From positions 1 through 40,881 of the forward strand of contig NW_021835331.1 in the NCBI RefSeq assembly GCF_006345805.1: DNA of 40,881 bases. The letters are read 5' to 3'. The stretch is from Octopus sinensis. Its lineage: Eukaryota. This document shows positions 25,292 through 37,991 of the stretch, one piece after another (positions within the stretch are counted from its first letter, which is position 1; each line of letters opens with the position of its first letter). Both the position numbers and the translations under genes were made by a program. The notes beneath the pieces are model-generated. The model ran no database searches. It saw only the letters and a list, made by a program, of their open reading frames with translations, and had not been told where the DNA came from.

Positions 25292-25959
25292 TGTCTATAT
25301 ATGTGTGTAAATATATATATATATATTTATATATATACATATATATATAATATATATTATATATATATATACAGATCAATGTATGCATATATACTCACAT
25401 ATAAGAACACACAAACGCTGAAATACAGACGCAGACAGAGACACGCATACCACTCTCCAACCGTTCTCCCAGGTACCCTTCTCCCACGCATCCTTCTTCC
25501 CCCACCTCACACACATGCACACTGAAACAAACATACCATCCAAATCGCAACTACACACACACACAGACGATCACTCGCACACACCCACACATACACATAC
25601 ATACACATGCATACTCATACATTCACACACGCTAACCTCCCACCCTTACCTCTTTCTCCCTCCCACCACAGATGTTTTTTTTTTTTTTCATTTTTTCTTC
25701 TGCCAAAGTCATGATACATGAACGACTTAATCGTGAGGATCGAGAACCAACGAAAATAAAAACCAAAAACTAAAAACCAAAAACTAAAAACCAAAAAACC
25801 AAACTCACTGCCAACAAAAAAAAAAAACATTTACTGTGTTTCTTCTTTTGATCTTTCGAAGTTACTTTTATGTTTTTATTTATTTTATTTATTTATTTCT
25901 TTGGTTACCAATCTTTCATTCCGGAGTTCTTCCGTGCATGTTTCTTCTGGATCCTATGT

Positions 25960-26050
25960 GCTCATAGTTTGTCTTCAGATTTATTTCGCTGTTTCTGCAT
26001 ATATTGCCATTGTCTTTATATTTACTTATTTTCCAGGTCTTTATCTCGAA
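25960..26050 (-). mobile_element. Possible highly decayed R4-like RLE fragment
   Basis: The - strand reads IKTWKISKYKD and agaaacagcgaaataaatctgaagacaaa, similar to 21890-21968. Confidence 0.35.
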
Positions 26051-26081
26051 TCCTCCATTTAATATACATACACATATATAT

Positions 26082-26143
26082 AAAGGGCGGTGCTCCAGCA
26101 TGGCCACAGTCAAATGACTGAAACAAGTAAAAGAGTAAAAGAG
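26082..26143 (+). mobile_element. SINE family B 3' end
   Basis: ggcggtgctccagcatggccacagtcaaatgactgaaacaagtaaaagagtaaaagag. Confidence 0.85.
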
Positions 26144-26152
26144 TATATATGT

Positions 26153-26452
26153 GGAGGCGCAATGGTCCAGTGGTTAGGGCAGCGGTCTCGCGGTCGCAGG
26201 ATCGCGGTTTCGATTCCCAGACCGGGCGTTGTGAGTGTTTATTGAGCGAAAACACCTAAAGCTCCACGAGGCTCCGGCAGGAGATGGTGGCGATCCCTGC
26301 TGTACTTTTCGCCACAACTTTCTCTCACTCTTTCTTCTGTTGGCCTGCCCGCTTAGCCAGCGGGGTGGGGTCATTTGAAGGCTAGAACAATGCGAAGCGC
26401 ATTGTGACCAGCGATGTGTAGCAACATCTGATAGCCTGGTCGGTGACGGTGA
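26153..26452 (+). mobile_element. tRNA-derived SINE family C, tail type 1
   Basis: A-box tggtccagtgg, B-box-like gtttcgattccc, and a ~185-bp head/core shared with 27045 and 38944. Confidence 0.9.
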
Positions 26453-26619
26453 CATATATATATACATATGTGTAAATATGTATGTATGTGTATTATTGTT
26501 GTTATGCGTTGTATGTCTCTTGTAGTTACTTTTGTATGTATGTATGTTGTTGTCGATGATGGTATTCATGGCTGTTGGTTGGTTGGTTTGTTTGCTGGTT
26601 GGATGTTTTGAGCAATTAT

Positions 26620-26780
26620 TGGCAGAAACGTTAGTGCGTCGTATAAAATACTATGCCTCATTTATTGGAGTTAATTTTCTGAGTTCGAATACTTACCTGC
26701 CTAGGTCCACTTTGGCATTCATCGTTCCGAGGTTATTAAAATCAAGTGCAAAACGAGTCTTACATGATAGATCGTTAACT
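26620..26780 (+). mobile_element. Decayed family A-like SINE
   Basis: tggcagaaacgttag...ttctgagttcgaat...ggtccactttggcattcatcgttccgaggtta. Confidence 0.55.
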
Positions 26781-26968
26781 CCTACACGCATTTTTTCTCT
26801 CCTTTTTTTTCTCTCCTTGCTTTTTTCTGTGTATCTTTCTGTCGAAGAGCGTAGGCTCGAAACGTTAAAGACTTTTTCTATTTCTATTCCTGAGCGCTAT
26901 ACTAATACATTTGTTTGTTTGTACTCCACCTGTCTTCGTCTTTTGTTTATTTTCGTAAACTTACCCTT

Positions 26969-26970
<2 letters not shown>
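26781..26970 (+). mobile_element. PLE-like short element with a minimal hammerhead-like motif (copy 1)
   Basis: Homologous to 33125-33298; motif at 26834-26871; ends at (TA)n. Confidence 0.65.
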
Positions 26971-27001
<31 letters not shown>

Positions 27002-27044
27002 TATATATATGTATGTATGTATGCATGTAAGTATGTGTGTGTGT

Positions 27045-27360
27045 GGAGGCGCAATGGCCCAGTGGTTAGGGCAGCGGACTCGCGATCAGAGGATCGCAGC
27101 TTCGATTCCCAAACCGGGCGTTGTGTGTGTTTATTGAGCGAAAACACCTAAAGCTCCACGAGGCTCCGGCAGGGGGTGGTGGCGACCCCTGTTGTACTCT
27201 TTCGCCCCCAACTTTTTCTCACTCTTTTTTCCTGTTTCTTGAGTAACGCTGCGATGGTCTGGCGTCCCGTCCAGCTAGGGAGCGGGAACACATACACCAT
27301 AGAAACCGGGAAACCGGGCCCACGAGCCTGGCTAGGCTTGAAAAGGGCGCATAAATAAAT
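27045..27360 (+). mobile_element. SINE family C, tail type 2
   Basis: Same head/core; tail gagtaacgctgcgatgg...gaaaccgggaaaccgggccc...aaaagggcgcataaataaat. Confidence 0.9.
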
Positions 27361-27494
27361 ATATGTCAATATATATTTATGTATGTATATATGTATATAC
27401 ATATATAAACACATGCATACATACATGTATATGCATACACACATACACATACACAAACGCATACACAGACACACATACATATATATATGTATGT

Positions 27495-27790
27495 TTATAA
27501 TTTCTTTGAATGTTCCTTCAACCATACCTATATAATATTTCTTCTCAACTGGCTCATGGCGTATAATCAAGCTAACTTTGTGCTCATATACGTCCAATTA
27601 TACGTTGAATGCTTCATATCTTGCCTTACCATGAGTACAAACCCGACACCAAGTTTAATGAGATTGCTTGTAACAAATATTTTCATGTCTGTAGAAAAAT
27701 TACTGTGGGTTTTCGTAGAACTTCAGTTGTGAATTTTCCGTTATCCTTGATTTGCCGGAAATGCTTATCTAAAAAGCACAGGGTGCAAAC
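27495..27790 (-). mobile_element. Decayed Penelope-like (Neptune-type) fragment: RT-EN linker and GIY-YIG motif
   Basis: The - strand reads LDKHF...DMKIFVTSN...VYEHKVS..EKKYYIGMVEGTFKE (27597-27499), matching the VY..YIGxTxxxFKxR pattern. Confidence 0.55.
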
Positions 27791-27899
27791 CGGAAAATGA
27801 AGGAAGGGAGAGATATAGCAAAACGGGTTTGATAGTTAGATTTTATTATGTATAGTTGAAGGTAAATAATATTTGTAGCGTTAGCAAGAGAGAATGTTG

Positions 27900-28547
27900 A
27901 GAAGCAAGGAGAGAGAGAGAGAGGCATACACAGACAGGTAGAGAGAGACAGAAAGTGAGGTAGAAGTAGAGAAAGAAAGACAGACAGAGACAGAGAATGA
28001 GGTAGAAGCGGAGAGAGAAAGAGAGAGGGAGGGAGAGGAAGAAACAGAGAACGAGAAAAGGGTGAGAGAAAGACTGAGAGAGTGAAGGAAAAACAGGATG
28101 GTAATATACGGAAGAATGAAACAGAGAAAGACAGAAAGATAGAAAGAAAGAATTGAAGGATATATGTAAAGGAAAATGAACGAATAAAGATGTAATACAA
28201 AGGAAGTAATGAAGAAAGGAAGGAAGCAGGAAGACAAGAGGACTAAAAGAAAGAAAGAAGAAAAAGAGGGAATATAGATAGAAAGGAAAGAATATGGAAG
28301 GAAGTAAAGAAAGAAGAAATAAAGAAAAGAGAGAGAAAAGAAAAAACTAAAAGAAAAAAGACTGGAAGAAATAAAGAAGGGAAATAGAAAACAGAAAGAA
28401 AGAAGAAAAAGATAGAGAAATGAAAGAAAGCAAGAACGAAAAAAGTAATGAATTAAAATGAATGATATCAGGAAAGAAGCAATGAAGAGAAAGAAAGAAG
28501 GACAGATAGATAGACTGTCAGACAGACAGACAGACAGACAGACACAA

Positions 28548-28580
<33 letters not shown>

Positions 28581-28585
28581 CACAA

Positions 28586-28636
<51 letters not shown>

Positions 28637-28700
28637 TATAGATAGATAGAAGCAGACACACGGATGAACGGACAGACAGACAGACTGAGATAGAGACAGG
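27900..28700. repeat. Purine-rich (AG/AAG/AGA) tract with (GACA)n/(GATA)n
   Basis: Direct reading. Confidence 0.9.
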
Positions 28701-29074
28701 GAGAGAGAGTTGAATATGTAAGCATAGCAGGTGATGATGGTAGTGATGGTGGTGATGGTGTTGGTATTGGTGGTAGGGATGGTGTTGGTGCTGGTAGTGG
28801 TGCTGGTAGTGGTTGTGGTGGTGGTGGTAGTAGTAGTAGTGGTGGTGGTGTTGGAGGCAGTAACAGGTGTTGTTGTTGTATTGGTGGTGGTGGTGGTGGC
28901 ACAAATGGTGACGGTGATGATGGTGCCGGAATGCGTTTGGAAAGAGTAATGTTTACTTGCTAATTATATAAAAATAACTTTACAAATTAACCGGTTTCAT
29001 TAGATTTGTTAATGAGATTTGACTGTGAAATTTCTATTTCAATTACTGAATACTAAATATAAAAGAATGTATAT

Positions 29075-29079
<5 letters not shown>

Positions 29080-29105
<26 letters not shown>

Positions 29106-29333
29106 CATACAAACGGACACGTGATATTCAATTATATAGAAATCACACATCAATATACATACATAATATATATAATCTGTATATATATCTATATATATAT
29201 AATATATATATATATAATATTCATATATATATGAATATGTGTGAGTGTGGTTTCTATATAAATATATGATTAAATATGTGTATGTGTGCGTGTGTATGTT
29301 TATCTCCCTATATATGGACAAAATATATATATA

Positions 29334-29384
<51 letters not shown>

Positions 29385-29449
29385 ATATCTATATATATAT
29401 ATATATATATGTATTATATATATATATATATACATGTATATATATATAT

Positions 29450-29480
<31 letters not shown>

Positions 29481-29515
29481 TATATATATATATATATATA
29501 GATATATATATATAT

Positions 29516-29561
<46 letters not shown>

Positions 29562-30066
29562 AATATATATATATAGACTACCATATCTCTATAAATACAT
29601 GTATATACATACGCACGCACATATATGTATCTGTACATTACCTGCAAATATGTATATATTCATATAAATGGGAACATACACAATGAAACAAACAGGAATG
29701 CTACAAAAGCGCCTACATATTTAAGCATACGCATGCAAGTATACGCAGTAATGTATATTTATTCATAATATACATCCTTATACATTGTATAATTACAAAT
29801 TTAGTTTTGTCGTACAACACACACACTCATATATACATACATACATAATATATATATGTATATATAAAAGTATAGTCAAACTATATGGTTTCAACTTATT
29901 TATAACTTTAAATGTATGTATTATATATATATATATAATAATATATATATATATATTATATATATGTATGTATGTATACATAGATAGATATATGTATATA
30001 TATATATGCATGTATGTATGTATGTATATATATATATTATATATATAATACATACATATATATATG

Positions 30067-30144
<78 letters not shown>

Positions 30145-30300
30145 CATACATATATATATATGTATATATATGCATATATATACATAGGAACATGTATATA
30201 CATATCTATCTACCCAGCTCTCTCTTCCTCCCTGAATATATATATTTATTATATATAATTCATGTATGTATACATATAAACATAGACACATAATTTAAAC
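29080..30300. repeat. (AT)n-dominated low-complexity tracts
   Basis: Direct reading. Confidence 0.9.
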
Positions 30301-30665
30301 TTATAGTTTATACATAAGCCACACATGTAAGAGAAGATGGCAAAATATATGTGTATATATTCTGTTAACGTTGAAGAAGACCAACAACTACTTGAGACTT
30401 TTGACTAATAGGCTTTTCATCGTAGGAATACAATGTTAATTCTTTGCATTACTGACTTCCGCTTCTCCTGCTACCATGTCTGACATTTAAATAGAAGTAT
30501 AACACTTAAGTTTTGAAATCCCGCATGATCATTGAAAAATATTTTATTTGTTACCCAGAGTTATATCTGAAAGAGTATCTGTGAAGGTTGTATCTGGTTT
30601 TCAGCGTGTTAGGTGTGAGTCCAATACACATCATTGGTAGATTTTTGTTCGAGTAGATAGAATTA

Positions 30666-30896
30666 AGCGGCAAGCTGGCAGAAATGTTAGCACGCCTGGC
30701 GAAATGCTTAGCGGTATTTCGTCTGTTTTTACGTTCTGAGTTCAAATTCCGCCGAGGTCGACTTTGTTTTCATCATTTCGGGGTCGATAAATTAAGTACC
30801 AGTTACGCACTGGGGTCGATATAATCGACTTAATCCCTTTGTCTGTCCTAGTTTGTCCCCTCTATGTTTAGCCCCTTGTGGGCAATAAAAGAAATT
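30666..30896 (+). mobile_element. SINE family A, full length
   Basis: agcggcaagctggcagaaatg...gagttcaaattccgccgagg...ggggtcgataaattaagtacc...gccccttgtgggcaataaaagaaat. Confidence 0.92.
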
Positions 30897-31159
30897 AGGA
30901 TTAAGCGGGTATGAAGTAGGATTATGTTACAAACGTTATAAAATGTTAAATCCAAGATGAGTAGCAATATTTCGGTGGATCGGTTTGACTATCGTGGGTA
31001 GAGAATGGGTTGGATGAGACTAAGACTAAGTAGTACATGAAGTAGTTTGAAGTTTTAATGTGGGTGGCTACAGGATGTTTAATATGTAAAGGAAATGACC
31101 GTGAGAATGGATGTCTAGGGAGTCTCTAAAAATATTGAGAGAGGCGCTCGATGGATGCA

Positions 31160-31870
31160 TAGCATAACATTTATCATGCGAGAAAAATGTGAAGACAGAC
31201 AAGGACGCAGTGGATAGGTACATAGATGTTTTCTTGAGAGGAATATGTGAAGACAGACAAGGAAGCAGTGGATATCTACATAGATATTTTGATGAGAGGA
31301 AAATGTGAAGACAGGCACGGAGACAGTGGATAGCTATATAGATATTTTCATGAGAGGAAAATGTGAAGACAGACGGAGACGGTGGATAGCTACATAGATA
31401 TTTTCATGAGAGGAAAATGTGAAGACAGACGGAGACGGTGGATAGCTACATAGATGTTTTCATGAGAGGAAAATGTGAAGACAGACAAGGAGGCAGTGGA
31501 TAGATACATAGATGTTTTCATGAGAGGAAAATGTGAAGACGGACAAGGAGGCAGTAGATAGCAACATAGATGTTTTGGTGAGAGGAAAATGTGAAGACAG
31601 ACAAGGAAGGAGTGGATAGCTACATAGATGTTATCATGAGAGGAAAATGTGAAGACAGACGGAGGTAGTGGATAGCTTTATAGATGTTTTCATGAGTGAA
31701 AAATGTGAAGACAGACATGGAGGTAGTGGATAGCTACTTAGCTTTTGATAAAAGGAAAATGTGAAGACAGGGGCGGAGGCAGTGGATAGCTTCATAGATG
31801 TTTTGATGAGAGGAAAATGTCAAAACAGAGACAGATACAGTGTATAGCTACATAGATTTGTCCTGAGAGG
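31160..31870. repeat. 58/56-bp minisatellite, about 12.5 copies
   Basis: The gaagac anchor falls at 31191, 31249, 31307, 31365, 31421, 31477, 31535, 31593, 31651, 31707, 31763 and (caaaac) 31821. Confidence 0.97.
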
Positions 31871-31889
31871 AGATAGAATAGTGTTGAAA

Positions 31890-32205
31890 GTGGTGGGTGA
31901 TCACATGGGCTCTTAATGAGTAGAGATAGTGACACAGGCAAAGGGTAGGTACATGCACTTTTAATGTGCAAAGACAGTGATGGAATCTGTGGGTGGCTTG
32001 GCTACTTGGCGTTTTAATGCTTGGAGACAATGATAAGCGTCGTGGGTGACTACATGTTCTTTGAATGCTTGGATGAAGCAACAGAGATGCTGGATGGCTT
32101 CATATTCTTTTAATGCGATGAGACAGCGACGGTGTCGGTGGGGGCATCACGGAGTCTTTAATGTTAGTAGAAGGTGATGGGTGACCGCATATTCTTTTAA
32201 TGTAG
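31890..32205. repeat. Degenerate 48-bp tandem array, 7 units
   Basis: The ttaatg anchor falls at 31913, 31961, 32014, 32062 (tgaatg), 32110, 32158 and 32197. Confidence 0.75.
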
Positions 32206-33124
32206 GGGGGGGGAGAGTGACTGACTGGGGGCGGGCTGGATGGTTTCATGGTCATTTAACGAATGATATCTCTCTCCAAAGTATAGAATTAATGAGCGGA
32301 AAAAAGCGTGTATTAAAGCTAAAGTACTTGTTTTCCCGCGCTGTCGTAGTCATCGTCGTCGTTGGTGTTGTTGTTACTGTTGTTGTACAATAAAATATAA
32401 ATCGATGTTCATTGATTTTTTTCCCTTTTGTTATTCTATTGTATTTTCATCTCATTGTTTTTGTTGCTGTTGTTGTTATTGTTTCCATCTATTTGTCGGT
32501 AAAGTTACCAGCCGTGACAATAAACAGCCACTCTACTAAGTTCTTCAGTTCCACTAGAAATAAAATGGATTTTTTTTCCTATTATTTTCTCACATTTCTT
32601 GGTATTTTAATTATATTTTCATAGCAATTTTGTTATATATATATATTTTGTTCATTAATGTGGCATTTTAAAGTAATTTTTTCATATTTATAATCTTATT
32701 TATTTGAAAGAGTTTTGTATTCAAGTAGACTGGTGCGACGTATAGTTTTGTTTTTGTTACTATTGTTAATGATGCCATTGCTTAGCAACACGTTGGCTCG
32801 AACTGAGTCGATCTCTATGAGAAAATTATTCCAGATGTGATTATCATGGCTTTAAATTTTTAAGAATACATTACCATTGAGTACATTATATCCGATATAT
32901 TATTCCAATTTTTAATACGGTACAATGTGGTTTGAAACAGATGTGGCTGCTGTTTCTAGCTGAACAAGGGACTGCATAAAAGATACTATTTTAGTTCGTG
33001 GTTTCTCTGTAAGTGTCTGTTGACTTCTTAATTTGTATAGTTTTCCCTGTGATGGCTACACAAAAGAGAACTTTCCATGAGTAATTAAATTTCTCTGTAG
33101 AGGATATGTCGCCATTATAGATCG

Positions 33125-33298
33125 TTAGCCATTGCATACATTTTTTTCTCTCCTTGTTTTCTGTGTCCCTTTCTGTAAAAGAGCGTAGGCTCGAAACGTA
33201 AAAGACTTTTTCTATTCCTGAGAGTTATACTAATACATCTGTTTGTTTTCTACACCACATGTCTTTACCTTTTGTTTTTTTCGTAAATTCTCCATTTA
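33125..33298 (+). mobile_element. PLE-like short element with a minimal hammerhead-like motif (copy 2)
   Basis: Motif at 33168-33205; homologous to 26781-26970; ends at (TA)n. Confidence 0.65.
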
Positions 33299-33609
33299 TA
33301 TATATATTTATATCAAAATAGGCAACAAGGATACCCAGAGGTAATGCAGTACGATAGTTTCATGCGACTCCATTTAACTGAATAATGTAGATATTACATC
33401 AATTTAAAATATAGAGCAATCTTCAGCTGCATAAGAATATAGAATTTAGTTAAATTCGAAGGATTCATTTGTATAGTGTTCTTATTATCCAAAATCTCCA
33501 AGAGGATAAATAGATAGACAAAGAACATGTTTTATCAACAACATCATAGTTGTAACTGAGATTTTTTCAACTGAATCTAAATTTTACTGAACTTATATAT
33601 ATATTTACT

Positions 33610-34424
33610 GTTGTGTCTGGGGAGAGTCATTTTCTTTTTTTGCCTTAAGATTTAACACACCCACCGGTAAAATTTCCACTTATTTCTTATTTTTATTTTC
33701 CTAAAATTTTCGTTCCATCTTGCAACCTTTTCAATAGTCTTGACTCTGTTATTTACAGAAGAGTATTTGTGTAGAGAGGAGGTGTGAGATTTTGGGATGT
33801 AGGAGTTTGACTGCGAGGAGTGTAGTTTAGTTAGATGTGCATGTGGTAAAGGTGTGATATAATCGATGACATTTTTCTCCTTGTTCCTCCAGCATGTTCC
33901 TTCTAGCGTAAGGGAGTCATATGCTTGATACCTCATAATGTGTTTAAATTTACACTGTATTTTTTAGGAATAATATATAGTCTATTGACTAATTTTTCTA
34001 CACGCCAGGACACTTGTAGTAAACATTTCTAAAATCTTTATTACCCTGATATTATTAATTATGTACAATGTTTCTGGAAAATTTATTCGAAAAAATTGCC
34101 AGCATTTTATTTTGCTGCCGACAAAAAACTGCGCTTGTGCGGTGGATTTGAAAAATTAAACCGTATAAGCGAGAGGCATATGCTGGATTGGCCTCGTGCT
34201 TATATGATTAATCTTGGCATACCTGTTGACGAAGACTTCACTTGGCAAATCATTTTATTTGCTAAGAAAAATCAGAGACCATGATCCAGGAAATAGATGG
34301 TTAATTTTTTTATTTTTCATTCCCTTCGGGATTTTACTAACTTATTAGTTTGGACTTTAGCTGTTCCTCCTAGCGTAAGGGATTCCAATGATGGATACCT
34401 CTTAATGTGTTTAAATGTACACTG

Positions 34425-34430
<6 letters not shown>
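33610..34430 (-). mobile_element. Decayed Penelope-like 3' end: GIY-YIG remnant, 3'UTR with a hammerhead variant, and a 68-bp direct repeat
   Basis: The - strand reads YYKCP..(frameshift)..PKKYSVNLNTL*. Direct repeats at 33896-33963 and 34363-34430 match at 60/68. A hammerhead-like motif lies at 33701-33737. Confidence 0.5.
33701..33737 (-). ncRNA. Putative minimal hammerhead variant (U3/A8 core)
   Basis: cta-TTGAAAA-g-gttgcaagatggaac-GAAA-att-t-tag: stem I cta/tag, stem II gttgc/ggaac (1 mismatch), palindromic AATT stem III. Confidence 0.45.
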
Positions 34431-34465
<35 letters not shown>

Positions 34466-35499
34466 CGTAGAGAAATAGGTATACACGTTTCTACTCGTAA
34501 TTATATATATATATATACATACAAATGTGTATATATATGTGTATGTATGTGTGTGTGTGCGTATAAACACATACATGAATGTGTAAGTGCGTGTGTGTGT
34601 ATATATGAACGTTCGTATGTCCTGGGTACGTTTATACATGAGAATGTATGCTGCGTACATATATATATATCTGTGCGTGTGTATACTCTTCGTTTGTATC
34701 ACGTATATAGGGAATATCTCGAGGCTAAAAGTATGTCAAACGCCATTTCCAATAAGATTTCTGATTTCATGTTCTCCGTCTTTCAAAAATAGCAAAATGA
34801 AATTCGTTACAGAAGCTAAAAGACTAAGACGCCAGTGTATTATGCAGCTCACTACATCTCTTTATTCTCTTTGTGTTGTCGGCTGTCTCGTAGGAACGAG
34901 TCTCATCAGTGTTTGCTTTCGCTTTTAGCATTTTTGTTTTTGTCTTTGTTTTCTGGGTTTTTTTCTCTTTCTTTTTGTTTTGAATTTTGCGTTTTGCTTT
35001 CAGATTTTTCAGTTTTTGAATGGTGGTGAGGGGTTTGGCTTTACAGGTAGGTTCTTATACTATTTTAGCGTCCTGCCGAAGTGCTGCAGAAATATGGGAG
35101 TTATTTATATATATATCTGTGTGTATGTGTGCGTGTCTGAGTGTGTGTGTGGGTGTGTAGATATAAATATATACATTCCTGTATGTAAGTATATATGCAA
35201 AGATATATATACATATATACATATATATGTATATATATGCATGTAGGTATGTATGTAGGTATGTATGTATGTATGTATGAATGTATGAATGTATGTTGTT
35301 ATATCTATACACATGTACATATGTATATATATTATTATTAAATATATGTATGAATATATATGAATAGATAGATTGATCGATTGATATATTTGTGTGTGAG
35401 TGTATTATATACATACATATATGTGTATAAACATATATATATATATGTATATATATATTTATATATAATTTATATATATATACAGGTAGAAAAGTAGAT

Positions 35500-35880
<381 letters not shown>

Positions 35881-36486
35881 GAATGTAATGTGTACATAAG
35901 TCGAAATTTGCCTGTTCGTGTGTGTTATGGTGTGTGTTTTGAGGTCTGCGAATGGGTATATAGATCGGTAGATAGGTGCACATGAGTATTATTATCCATG
36001 TGTGAGCATGTGTCTGCGCACGTGTGCGCGTATGTTGGTGTGCTTGCATGCGTGTGCAAATGCGCATGCACGGTGACGTCTCCGCCGATATCTATTCTGA
36101 ATTTGTCTAAACACATCCTCTGCATATCTGTGGATTATTGAATCAGCAGGAGCTGATGGCGACAAGAAGACGATCAACAATATTTTTCTATGTGCGGAGG
36201 TTTTTGTACTTGTGTGTATTCGTGTACAAAGTGGCCACATGTGTATATATGCGTGAGCATATATACACTTGTGAGTGTATTTTATTTATAAGCATATGTA
36301 CAGATATATAAAAAAATATATATATAAATATAATTAAAATATAGGTAAAATATATATATACGTACGCGCACACACACATATACATGCATGCTAAAACTTC
36401 CTTATATGGTGCAGTAAACGATATACATATGCATATATATATATTCATGTATATATGTATATGTATATATACATATATATACATAT

Positions 36487-36537
<51 letters not shown>

Positions 36538-36760
36538 GTGATTATATATATATATAATTACATACATATACACATTTGTAGATATGTATATATGTAGATA
36601 TACATATACATATATATATATATATGTACATACATATATATACATATATATTCACACACACATACATAGTGTCTGTGCGTATGTGTGTGTCTATGTGTGT
36701 GCCTGTGTGTATATTTATACATCTTTGTATATATGTAAATGTATATCTATGTAGATATGT

Positions 36761-36798
<38 letters not shown>

Positions 36799-37299
36799 GA
36801 TATATATATATATATGTAGATATACATACATATATGTATTCATACACACATACACAGTGTGTGAGCGTATGTCTGGGTGTATATTTATTTGTGTGTGTGT
36901 GTGTCTACGTGTGTGTATGTTTATACAAATCTATCACATTATTTTCTAACTTAATATACAACGAGTCAGAATAACAGGTTCTGGTTGCATTTCGAAGTTC
37001 CGAGACATCTTTGTTTGCAGACTTTTCTACAAATGTAATGGAACTTACTTCTTTAGTAGAAAATTTAAAAAATGGTAAGTAAAGCATTGCGAAACTTTTA
37101 CGTTCTTAGAACAATTGCAGATACGAATTTGTTACTTTTATTTTGGGTGTTTTTCGATATTTTTGATACAAATCTCATCCAAGTGAAATATAGCTTACTA
37201 AAGCTTATTGAATTACGTGAAGCATTTTATCTCTATCTCTATCTATATCTATCTCTTTACGTGTGTGTGAGTGCATATATATGTGTGTGTATATATATA

Positions 37300-37339
<40 letters not shown>

Positions 37340-37343
37340 AATA

Positions 37344-37735
37344 TCATCATCATCATCATCATTATCCCCATCATCATTTAAGGTCCGTTGTCCATGCTGG
37401 CATACGTTGGACGGTTTGACTGGGCTGGCACGTTGGAAGGTTGTGCCAAGCTCCAATCTGATTTGGCATGGTTTTATACGGCTGGATGCCTTTCCTGACG
37501 CCAACCACTCCAAGAGTGTAATGGGTGCTTTTACGTGCCATTTGCGTAACACCGGTGTCTGCCACGACTGCGATTTTGCTTAGCTTGATGGGTCTTCATC
37601 TCTCGAGCATGACATACTGCCGAAGGTCTTGCTTGGTCAATGCTTCCGTGAGGCCCAACACTTGAAAGATGCTCGGCCACTTTGCCTCCATGAGGCCCAA
37701 CGTTCGATATTTTACGTGGCAAAAGCACGGGTTCA
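37344..37735 (-). mobile_element. SINE family E (RTE-type (GAT)n tail), head not evident
   Basis: The - strand carries ggttggcgtcaggaaaggcatccagccgtataaaacc and ends ttaaatgatgatg...; pattern recognised from mollusc/fish RTE-tailed SINEs. Confidence 0.6.
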
Positions 37736-37854
37736 TTTCTATCTGTATATGTATATAGAATATAAGTACGACTTATACAACATTAAATGTATTAGAATAT
37801 ATATGTATATACACACCAACTTTCTCACCTATATATATATATATATATATATAT

Positions 37855-37991
37855 GTTCTTTAACAGGGCTTAGGAAAACTGTAGGATCACTGCAATAAGT
37901 GTGTGACTCTAAGAGTTTAAGAAATTATAATTAACTTATTTTTCTCTATTTTCTTTTACTCAAATCAGAAACTTTTCAGCACAACCTCGTA
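37855..37991 (+). mobile_element. Mariner-derived MITE, right half
   Basis: Homologous to 15345-15490; ends aaacttttcagcacaacctcg followed by TA. Confidence 0.7.

Noticed and set aside
26153-26230. tRNA genes at the SINE heads
   Set aside because: A and B boxes are present but the acceptor and anticodon stems are incomplete, and each continues into a shared SINE body.
30551-30620. Possible 54-56-bp exon (cag...ggt|gtgagt)
   Set aside because: Only splice-like dinucleotides support it, and the peptide is unrecognisable.
31160-31870. CRISPR-like regular array
   Set aside because: Whole units repeat with no unique spacers, there are no cas genes, and the context is eukaryotic.
34864-34913. 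- strand CTGATGA followed by the hairpin ctcgt/acgag (hammerhead candidate)
   Set aside because: No GAAA follows stem II, and no stem I or III can be drawn.
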